Source: Oikopleura dioica (Eukaryota > Animalia > Chordata). Taken from it: a stretch of DNA of 64,000 bases. This document shows, one piece after another, positions 51,133-61,900 of this stretch; the stretch's first letter is position 1, and every line of letters starts with the position of its first letter. The stretch lies in assembly GCA_907165135.1 (NCBI GenBank), contig OU015568.1:14953208-15017207 (forward strand), read 5' to 3'. The notes under the pieces are model-generated. The model was not told the origin of the DNA, searched no databases, and saw only the letters and a list, made by a program, of their open reading frames with translations. The position numbers and the translations under genes were made by a program.

Positions 51133-52573
51133 ATGATTGTCCCTGTTGAGCAAATCAAACCACAAAAAAAGGGCGTCGCCAAAAAAGTTGCGAGATTTTT
51201 TAAACGCCAATTTGCTACATATCAATACCCGGTGAAGGAAATCAATCGAAAAGCACTCTGGATCGACACTCATGCCAATACAAACCTCGGAGCCATGACT
51301 AAAGCGTCCGTCAAAGCAGTCACGAATGTTCCACCATCAAGCCCTCAAGTTAACCCAAAAGCGTTCGGACTGACCCCGCTCGTGACCAAAGAGGAGCCGC
51401 CAATGTATTCCCATTTCTCCGACGAAACGCTAAAATATGCCACAATAAGAAGGTCCTATTCTGTTCGATGCCGCACGGCTTCTCGATTCTACTAACAAGC
51501 GTTTCACTTGCTCTCATTTTTCTTATTTTACAGCCATTTGCCCTAACTATGCTTGCGATTTCCCTCAATAAATTATTCTGAAAAACCCAAGTGTTTTGTT
51601 AAGGAAAGCGATGTTAAAGATTCACCAACTTTGACCAAGCTGCTCGACGAGACCCGTGCAAGATACAAGGCGATGAAGGAAGACACGGTCAAGGGCGAGA
51701 CAAAGCCGTATGCCAGCCTTACTGCGGATAGCCCTATGACGCTTAAATTCAAAAGTGCAGCTGCGGATAAACTGTTGGGGGCGGCCAATGAAAAAAACCC
51801 GGTTTTAATGTCACAAGCTGCGTCAGTTTCCGTCAGTCACCAAAAAGACAACGTGGCGGACAAGGAAAATATGAAGCCGCTTCGCCAAGATCTGAACTCG
51901 AACTACACTGAAAGCCTTATGCATGTGACCCCGAGCGATGATGAGTTTTTCAGCTTTGATAGCATCACCTCGCCCGCCGAATTTTCTAAAAGGTACTGTT
52001 TGGTTTCTGTTGTAATGTTATTTACATTACTTTTAATTAGTCTTATGGCGCCTTCTCGATTCACGCCGCGGGATTTCAAGATCGCTGACTGTTCGAAATC
52101 TGCCCCGAAAAAAGAGGCAGCGGAGGAAGAGAGCGATGATAGCGATGTGGACGTGGTCACCGACGCTCAAGTAAAACATGAGCCACAGGATAAAGATGAG
52201 TCGTCCAGCCAAGGCTCGTCGCAGTTTGGCTCTGTTGAAACACGTTCGACTGAATCGAGCGGAGCGCCTTCGAATTTGTCGTTTATTACTTCGACGGCTT
52301 CGGTTAATACTGCTTCTACAACGTCGACCACGAGCACAAAAACCACGACCACGTCAAAAAGCTCCGCGTCGTCGATTTCGACTCTGTATTCAGATGACTC
52401 ATCGTCATCGAAACCAAAACGGTAATTCTTTCTTTAAATACCCAATTCTAAATTATTTTAGCCGACGCTCTCCACTTGAACGGCAAAATTCAATTCGAAA
52501 ATCGCGACGCACAACTGCCGGACAGCCCCCAAATCGTTTTGGCTACACTCACGCGGATCATTTTGCAAAATAA
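51133..52573 (+). CDS. S/T/D/E-rich spliced ORFan with one in-frame TAA at 51544
   Basis: AG|gtcc...tacag|C CAT TTG CCC TAA CTA TGC TTG continues in the frame of ORF 51553; the last exon encodes RRSPLERQNSIRKSRR. Confidence 0.5.
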
Positions 52574-52810
52574 TTTTTACCACATTTTCTCTGTGCAGTA
52601 GCTGTTAGGTTTTTAAAAATTGTTATTTTCTATGTAGCTCCCAGTGCCTAATTGTTACAGAAGTAGCAGCAGCAGCTTCATCTGATGATAGCTCCATCTA
52701 ACGCCTCGTCTCACTTTCCCCCTCTTCCAAAATGATTAAAATGCTTTAGTCTCGCAACTTTTCACTGCACACTCACATACTTTACCGGAAATAAAGCCGA
52801 AAATGTGTCA

Positions 52811-55800
52811 ATGAATCGTCATAATGCAAAACACTCATTTTTTCAAGAAGCAGCAAGAGGACCCATTGTCAGCAGTAACGACTACTATGACAAAAGCCAA
52901 CGTAGTAACAACCGCCAACAACGGTCAGCAACACCGTGCCAGCAGCAATTTTTCACGGGCAGTCGGAACGGTACCAATTTACCAATTACCAACGCCCCAT
53001 CAATCGCGAACTTCGATTCTCCCGTCACGTCCGGTACGATACCCAGTTCCGGCGTTCCAATCCCCAAATTCGCAAATCCCTCCGGCGAAAATCGCATGCC
53101 AAGCTCGCCCAATAAGAGCACGACCGGAGCTAGTCAGCATGGACCCCGTAATTCGTTTATTAAGTCGAAAATTAAAACAAGACTCCATCGTTCAGAAAAG
53201 AACCATTCAAGCGATATCTTCCTTGAGACAGGTCATTCAATCACCACCAAAACACCACGACCAGATATCCCTGCAGACAATTCAACCGCCGTCGACACCT
53301 CCTTTCAGCGAAGAATCCGACGACGGAAAGAACATTCCACTTTCTCCCGTTCCGGTCATTCAGATGAAACTCTCGTCCAGTCCATTACAGGTAATTTTCG
53401 ATTATGTAAAAAATTTTTAACGCTATTTAGAGTTGTCTCGACAGCGAAACGCTCAACAACAGTTCCGAAACAATCAACAGTCGCCACAGCAACGACCATC
53501 AAACAGAGTTGCTAGTAGAACCGAAATTACCGAGCGATCGCCTGCAGGAGGAGGAGGACAGAGAGGAGTCTCGCTGCCATCAATCGCCAATATGTTGCCC
53601 GCTATTAACAAAAATCCGAAGTTTTCCACTATCGTATCAAGTCGTTCTTCTCATAGTGAGCACAACGATTTTTCTTTGCTTCGCCATGCTTCTGATGGGT
53701 TACGCTCTGGGAAAATTAATAATTCCACAGTCGATTCCGGAGCCTCCACCTCAACTACCAGACAGAGCTCCCGACGGCTCGATACTTATCCCCAGCAAGT
53801 ATACGGAAGTGCTGATAAATCTTTTGAATACACTTCAAAGCGGTAAAATTACTTTAAATGCCACTATCTATCTTCAAATTTAGACTACGAATTTGCGTTT
53901 CCGAGAAAATAAACATGGAAAGTGATCGTTATGATCGTGAAATGCGCAATGCTATTTATGGCGAAGTTTTAAATGGTCAAGGATTCTTTACTCGAAATGC
54001 AATGGATTTTTCTACAGTTGCTGACTCTTTAACCTCTCCACAAACAATATTACAGAATCCATGGCGAAGAGAGTTGTTCCTTAAGACCACCGCTTCCGAC
54101 TGGCAAATAATCAAGAATCGAGTATTTGTAGATCCTGTTGCAATGGGTTTCGTTCTTCAATACGAAGACTCATCGGTTGAAAGTGTGCTCAAGAAACAAA
54201 CGTCTTTAAATGGGAATAACGCTCTTGAATCTCGCCTAGTCCCAACACTGAGCAATGATAATTGTTATCTTTCGACAAAAAAATCAAATTTGACAACTGC
54301 TGACGAAGTAAACGACACTGACGATTATTGTCTTCAATCGGAATATCCTGATAAATTTGACACCTACTTGATATCCATAGACTCACTGCTTGGAAATATT
54401 AAGTGGGAAACTGCATCAGGGGCGTTATCATATCTGGAATTCTACTATGCGCTTCTGGACCCGACGTATCGAACTTTTATCGAAAATGGCGAAGTATGTT
54501 CAACCTTGGTGTCAAACACATTGACAAATATCAATCCATCGCTGCCGACGAGTTTCTACAATTTGTCAAAGACACCTCCAAGAACCGTTCCAAAGCAGTC
54601 TCATCCGCGCAACGATTTGGGCTACGATTTTCATCATGGAATGACCATTACTCGTGAATTGGTTTCGCTTATTGCTTCATTTTCAACGCAGAGTTACTGT
54701 ATTGCTAAAAAGCACTTAGCTGATGCGGCTTTTGATGCTTTTAAATCAGCAAAATTTGAAAAGGACATACTAAACTTTCAAAACGAAAACAATGCTGACG
54801 ATATTGATGATGTTAGCAAAGGAAGCACGAACACCACTGCTGGGGATGATGAAAAATCGTCAAAAACGCAGATGCGTAAAAGTGCGCGTCTTGATGAAAA
54901 GCGTCGCGATAATCAAGTTAAAGAAATGAAACGACTGGCTTTTGAAGCTTATTTCGACATGTGCAACGATTCAAAAAGATCCACTGTTGATGAAGGGGAA
55001 ATAGAAGAGCCAACTGTTCCCATCAACGAGAAAAACTACGATTACGATTCAAGCCCTTTCTTTTTAACGTCAAAGTATTTTGAAGAAACCGATCTTTTCA
55101 AGTATCTTTCGCTGTTGGGCAAAACCGCATCCTGTGTCTTTTCGTTTTATAAACCGTGTCCATTGTTGCGTCCCGATGATGCAGACAGCCAAGAGCTTAT
55201 GAAAAACTTCCGCATGCGTTACTAAACGACTGGCGAATTGGAATGACCGCGTCAAACAAAGTTAGCAATAAAAGAAGACAGGATACAAGCTACAGTTCTG
55301 CAAAAGCATCGATGCAAGGATCATGCTGTTTAAATGATGAAAGTTTAAAAAAGGCGAAATTGTTCAATCAAGACGTGTTCCGAATTCATTTGCTTAAAAA
55401 CCATGTCGAGAACGCTGCCTTTCATTTACTTGTTTCCATGCGACGGGAATTCGAAAATTTTTGCCAGGAATTAAGAGCACGCGCTCATCAAATTCTTAAA
55501 TTTACAAAAGAAGAAGAGGAAATCATCTCTTCGTATATCCTGGGCGAGAATGAAACACAAGAGCAAAAGGTCAATCGCTTGAGGACAATGAAAATGCATT
55601 TGCGATCCCGAAAGCAGCTTCTACTCTGTCAAAGGCGTCAAATTAAGAGTTTTCTTTCAAAATTGCTGGTTGTTTATTGCAACTTCGTTTCAAGCTGTAC
55701 GACGTCAAGTGAAAAAGCGTATCCTGTTAAAACCGCTTGCTCCCACGAAGAATATGCATTTATGCAACCATCATTTATTACTCCATTGAGCGCTGAAAAT

Positions 55801-55887
55801 GGAAATAAGAAGTGTTCCCGATGTGGGAGCAAAGTCAACAGCGCGACCAAAAGAATTCAACAGCTGAATGATTTTCACCGGCGATAA
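52811..55887 (+). CDS. Large ORFan: S/N/Q/R low-complexity N-terminus plus helical globular region; possible 1-nt frameshift at ~55204
   Basis: Two phase-compatible introns join ORFs 52805, 53433 and 53858; ORF 55243 is reachable by adding one A at 55202-55206. Confidence 0.55.
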
Positions 55888-55899
55888 CCGCAACAAATT

Positions 55900-57762
55900 A
55901 TGCAATTTTCTACTTTACAGATGGAAGATGTTTTTGACTTTTCCAAACGCCGCTACTGTCTTCCAAAGGATTCTTTTATTATTTTCGACATTTCAAAATG
56001 GCCCGATAGTAATAAAGCTCCACTGCTTCCTCCACAAATTATCGATGACCAAGGCAAAATCAACAATGAAGCGGAACAAATAGGTAACGATTTTACGCAT
56101 GTTCATAGGATAAAATATGTTTAGCCGCATTACACCAGTCGATACAACAACCGGAAGGATCAACAGAAACAACCCAAATTTCTTATGATACAAACAGTGC
56201 TTCTATAAAGGTAAGGGCCCCACCTTTGACGATGGTGCCCCAACACTTTTAGGAGTATAAAACGAAAGACATGTTATTGGACAAAGCACAAAACCATCAA
56301 CAAAGAGTGTCTTCGAGTCCAACATCCATAATTCCGTCATCATTATCCCCTTCGACCGCCTCATCCGCGTCCACCGCTCCGGTAAATCTTACGAATGTTG
56401 CCCAAGGTAAACGTTGTAAGTTTATAAGGAAAATTTGACACTTTTTTAAGAAGCTCAATCTGCCAGAAGAACCAGCAGTTTCCCAAGTGGCTCCACCATC
56501 ACAGCTACCGAGCGCTCTATCTACAACGGTTCGTCTGTCTCAGGATCGACATATGACCACGGTACTTACCCAAACGAATTCGCCTTCACCCGTTCATCTG
56601 GTATCCCCGACGGGAACCGAGAAGTCAACTCCAACGAGGACCACGTCCTTGCTAATTCCGATTTCGCCTTCGACAATCCCGCCTCCTCCTCCCGTGATTC
56701 CACTGAACCCAGTAGATATTCACCCGACGACGTCCAACTGCTGCTTAGACTCGGAAATGCAGAACTCTCCAATGTTAACTCGACCAACGCAACTGCAGTT
56801 CGATCCACCATTGAATTTCCCTCTGCCGCAGCCCCTGAGCGCCGCAATAACAACAACGTCGCAAGCGCCTCAAACGACGAAAACAGAACTTCAACCACCT
56901 CTGATGCCCCAACCTCTCCCGTTTTATACTCCTTGGAGCCCGTCGTCTCTACACACAATGTACTCTCAGCTTTACAACCCCCATCTTCCTCTTCACCAAA
57001 TGCCACCGATTCAATCGCCTTTACAACCAGTCGCTTCGCAATGGATTCACCAACACCCTCAGCCCTCGTATCCGGGCCCACTTTCCATGCCACAACCAGT
57101 ACCGTCCCTGCCACCGCAAATCACTCATCCCGCGTATTGGGCCCAGTATCAACAAATACCCTCAAAGCAAGAGTCGCTTCCACAAACAACAGCAATCGCT
57201 CCAACAGTGCCCACGACCATCGTTCAACCGTCACAACAACTGTCACAACCACCGCTACTGGAACCACAGCGGTCCCTCGTCCCGATTCAAACAGCTCCAT
57301 CCAACGAAGTACCGCCGCCAACAACGCTTATGGTCGATATCCAAGAACCACTCTCGAACGTCATCTTCAACTCGCGAGATATCTTCCTCATTATCTCCGA
57401 CGGAATGCTGAAAATCTTTCCACAGCCCTGTCAAACGTGTCGAGGCGAGGACCGATTGTTTACCCCGATCTCGAAGCAAGTGGGAGTATACACAGCAAAC
57501 GAAGGAAGCTCGACCCAAGAACGACAAATCATCCGAATAGAACCACTGAATAAGCTTCTTACTGGTCACAAGGGCATGATCACCGCAAATCTGAAACGTC
57601 CTTCTTTTGCCACTGACGATGCCAATACATCAACTGCGAAAACTCGAAAATGGTAATTTTTATTAGCGCATCTACAGCAAATAATATTTTTATAGCTTTA
57701 CACTTACGTCGACGACTTCAACTCCGGTGAAGACAACAACGACTACGCTGCCAACTTCTTAA
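55900..57762 (+). CDS. Pro/Gln/Thr-rich ORFan with C-terminal CxxC; separate cistron or continuation of the upstream gene
   Basis: MEDVFDF exon spliced through 56125 and 56253 exons into ORF 56487 (via donor 56382); last exon ends TAA 57760-57762. Confidence 0.55.
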
Positions 57763-57836
57763 ACAACTTTCGATTTCTACCTGCTCGTTCTCTCTTTACT
57801 GTCCTTTTTCTGACTGTCTACTTGTTAAATGTCAAG

Positions 57837-57852
57837 AATAAAACCGTTTATT
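57837..57852. terminator. Back-to-back polyadenylation signals of convergent gene blocks
   Basis: AATAAA at 57837-57842 (+) and TTTATT at 57847-57852 (AATAAA on -). Confidence 0.55.
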
Positions 57853-57872
57853 AAAATTTAAAAGATTTTCAT

Positions 57873-58873
57873 TTATTTAAATAGCCATGCAGCAGGATAT
57901 TGACGCAGTACAATCTGATAAGCAAGAATTCGATGCACTCTAACATTACTTTCCGCGAACACGTCGCGTGTGTGAAACGTGTTTTTTAAAACTGCATCCG
58001 CAAAGTCGGCGGGCGACAACTCTGCACACAAATCGTCCAAGTCTTTTTGACTCCGGACAAATTCGGTGTTGTTAACTGATCCCCAAATATTTGGGTATAT
58101 GAGGCCAGTTTTTGTTTGCGTTTCGACTTGGCCGGTTTGTGGGTTAAGAATTGTTGCCGTCGACTTTGTACTATAAAAAGCATCGACACTTACTCTTAAT
58201 AAACCAGAAAAATTGTGTACAAGATCTCGTACCAATTGCACAACATCGCGAGTTCGTAGAATCGTAATAATATATTTATTGCATATCCCTGCATAACGGC
58301 CAAATCTGTCAGCTCCAACACGTAATTGATAATGCCTCCAAGACTGATCTAAGAGAGCGTAATTAAAATCAAAACCTTTTTCTCACTTATGTAGTGTTTG
58401 ATAGGGTATTGTAAAGTACTATCAAGACCAAGTAACGCATGAACTTCTTCAGGCTCGAAATAATCATCATCAGGCAGCTCGTATGGAACAATTTTTTTCA
58501 AAAATTCTTGTTCAGCGCGGACATTAGGTTGAAGTGCTTCGTCAATAATGTTGAAATCAGGCTCGAGCCGTGCACGAGGATAAAACCACTCGATTTGGTC
58601 AGGTGTCAAAGAATATTCTTGAATTTGCGAAGCAAAGGCGTCCATAAAAGTAGTCAAAGGCTCGCCCGATCGAGGATTATCATCATCAATATTTCGCGCA
58701 AAACGGCGAGTTTGTCGACGCAGCTGTTTTATTGTTTCAAAAATACTCTCCGTTTCCTCGCCATAAGGACCGATATAAACTCGACTGTCAGAACTTATTG
58801 GTTGTGACGGTTCCTCTGCTTCTACAAATGGATCAACATCCGACAAATTGTTATGTAAGCTACGAGAATCCAT
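57873..58873 (-). CDS. PolB-associated ORFan, 2 exons (38-nt intron 58349-58386)
   Basis: ATA A|gtgaga...cttag|AT CAG joins ORF 58349 to the frame of ORF 57873; starts 47 nt after the PolB stop. Confidence 0.65.
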
Positions 58874-58920
58874 TCTAAATAACTAAGCATCAGACTAGGT
58901 GTAACATTAACAACATTTAT

Positions 58921-61900
58921 TTACAATAAAGTTCCGTCAGATGTACGTAAAGGATATGTTCTAATCTTATCAGAGTCAATGATGCGTTTCTTGAGAGCTG
59001 CGTTGATAACTCGCTTTTTAAGCACTTTGGTTTTGATTTGACGTTCCCGTTGATCGAACTGAAAAAGTGGCACTCCCTTAATTACGCTTTGCTCCATATC
59101 GTCAGAAAACAATGCTGCCAGATAATCCAGATATCTTAACTTTGAGTTAGCTTTGACTACGTGGAATTCAAACCTCAGTTTGATTTTATGACTGCATCCT
59201 TTTGACGATCTTTTTATACATTTGTCGCCCAACAGAGTTTCCTCATACTCTTCCAACAATTCGTAAACACGGTGGCGATTTTCAGGAGCAGCAATCAACT
59301 CATCAATTTCATGATGATCGGTTTCAGCCATAATATAACATTTTGCGGATAATCCGCAAAACCACCCTTTTGTAATTCTTGCCTCGACTTTAAGCAAGCC
59401 AGGCTCTTTTTGAGAGGCAGGGTCACCATCTTTTGCGAACCATTTCTTTTTGATCGGACCGTTCCAATCGTCGAGCATCTCCGATTTAATACAAGAATCC
59501 AGAGTGGGACCTGCCAACGCTAGTAAAAACGAATCTGTGTCGCAATAACACAACTTTACTTTCCCTGGGATTGTGTACTCCATCAGAACATCGCGAAATT
59601 CGAAAAACATCAGTTTACTATTTTGATAGACCATTAGCTGGATTTGAAGAGCAGTGGTATGAGCGACACTCTTTTTCGTAAATAATGCTTCATGCAAGGG
59701 GTCACATCGTTGATTTTCATATTGAAGATTATTGAGAGCTTTAAGACGTGGGTTTCGCAACGAGGTAAACAAATCGCCAGCAGAGACGATTTTTGTGCTC
59801 ATAAATTTCGTTCTGTTAATTGCAAAGTAGCCTACTGCAGAATTGAGCACAAATTTTATCCAATTTTGTAATGCATTATCACCCTTGATAAGAGCTTTAA
59901 CTCTATCAGCAACCAGCGTATTGACAAAATTTTTAAAAGGCGCTCCTCTGTAATAAGACGTAAAATAAATCACATCATATTCGAGTCCGATTTTGTCGTA
60001 ATAATGCAAAACTTCAGATGAGATTATATAATTGTCGACATTGTAGCAGAATATGTTTTCTTCGCAGGGATACATTCGCTTTTTTTGTTGGTCAGAAAGA
60101 GTGTTTGCCAAATCGCCTTGTATATCATCAGATTCTAGTTTTTTACGAGCAAAGATTGGAGGAATATATTTATATTTTTCCACAACGTGCGGTGGACTTC
60201 GCAGATTCACTTTTGCAAATCCAAAGAACTTACTTTTACCATCTTTATTTGTTTCTCGTACAAGTCGCTTAAATTCTTCTGCAGTAACTCCTTCCATGCC
60301 AGATGCGTAGCCAGTGTTTTTACGCGCTCCCTTGTAAAGAAATGGATACAAAGGCGAATACGGCTCTTTGCCAGCCAACACAAGTCCGCGCCATTTCTTT
60401 GCCCAACGACATGCAGGCATAATGATAATTTCATGAGGAAAATTTTGTGGACCTTCAACGTCAAGAAATTTGAACGTCGTATCGTCATAAATCTTCTCGG
60501 GCTTACCATAATCCTCTATGTTGTCTAATTTCCGAATGGTCTCCACAATTGACTCAATACGATCATCCTCGCGCTTAAGCAACTCATCAATTGTAAAATC
60601 TCGATAGCGTTTAGTTCCATCAACATCGTAAAAGACAGTTTTGTCAACGTTGTTAGCGCGTCGTCTATTGCAATTTGTGCAAGGATGAAAAGCACAGCCT
60701 CGATACTCGAATAAATAGCGCTTTTTTATTTTCGTATACGGCGTTATTTGAGCGATTTCCTTCTCACTTTCTGCGTATCCGTCGATATAATACTGACCAA
60801 CTTTCTTTTCCTCCAAATTATAAGAATGTTGAATACTTCCGTTAAAATCATAATCGGACGACCAATTCAAGTATTCAAGCCATCGTATCGATTCCAAACT
60901 TGTATTCTCACGCTGCTTGAACATTCCCTTGTTGAAAAAACGCTCGTCGGATGCCTGACTATTTGAAGAACTGTACCCCATTTTGTCAGATTTGTACATT
61001 ATACCAGGGCCACACGGTAAATCGCCGCGAAAACATTGAGGATACATGCTATTGAAATCTAAAACTTCTGCAGCTTCATAAACAGATCCGTCGTCACTCT
61101 TCCAACAAGCTTCTGGTAGCTTTGGATTTGGGCCATTTAAGTTGATTGCACGATGAAGCACTTGTACAATTCCGCCTGTCAGGTTTTGTCGCATATCTTT
61201 GAGATATTCAGGAAAGTCAGGTGATATCGAAAAAATCGGCGGACATGTTTTGTCGTACATTAGAAATGCAATTTTATGCGCCAATTGGGAGATTGAAAGT
61301 TCAGAGTGAATTCCTAGTCCGAACTTTTCCTTGTTGCTTTTTGCAAAAGAGCTTATGGAGCCTTCCAACAATTTGCAATCATTAAAATTATAATTGATCA
61401 AAAATTTCATCATTGTTGGTTGCTCACATGTGCGCGGATTAGCCGAATACTCTTTCCACATTTGGTCCCATAATTGAACACTGGCGGCATATTGCTTTGG
61501 AGAAAATCGAAAAAACTCTTAGGTTGCGGCATCATTTTCGTCGAAATGCCATCGTCGTTTTTCATTACTCCAAACCAACAATTTCCAAATCGTACCCGTC
61601 CACTCACTGTAAAGAGCATATGGATCATTACCTTCTTCGGCACTTCTTGTCGCATAATGTTCAATTGTACTTGGATCGTCGGTTATATTGTATAATTTTA
61701 GAAATACGGAAATTTTCGTGCACAGGACCTCCTTGTCGTTCCTCCAATTTCCCCAGTCGATTTCCGCTTCAATAATTTTATCCATTTCCGCAACAAAGCA
61801 AGCGTTCCGCAAAGTCATTGACGAATAAAAGCATGGATACGAAAGCATTGTCTTTGCCTCGCTTAGATGTTTAACATTACTGTACCATTCATAAGGAAAA

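Noticed and set aside
51993-52040. Apparent TM helix YCLVSVVMLFTLLLI in ORF 51553
   Set aside because: It coincides with an in-frame GTACTG...TAATTAG mini-intron; the hydrophobicity is a T-rich intron artefact.
52490-52573. RKSRR..QPPNRFGY resembling the tail of LTR-retrotransposon pol
   Set aside because: No RT, RNase H, integrase or LTRs nearby; it is only a short basic motif.
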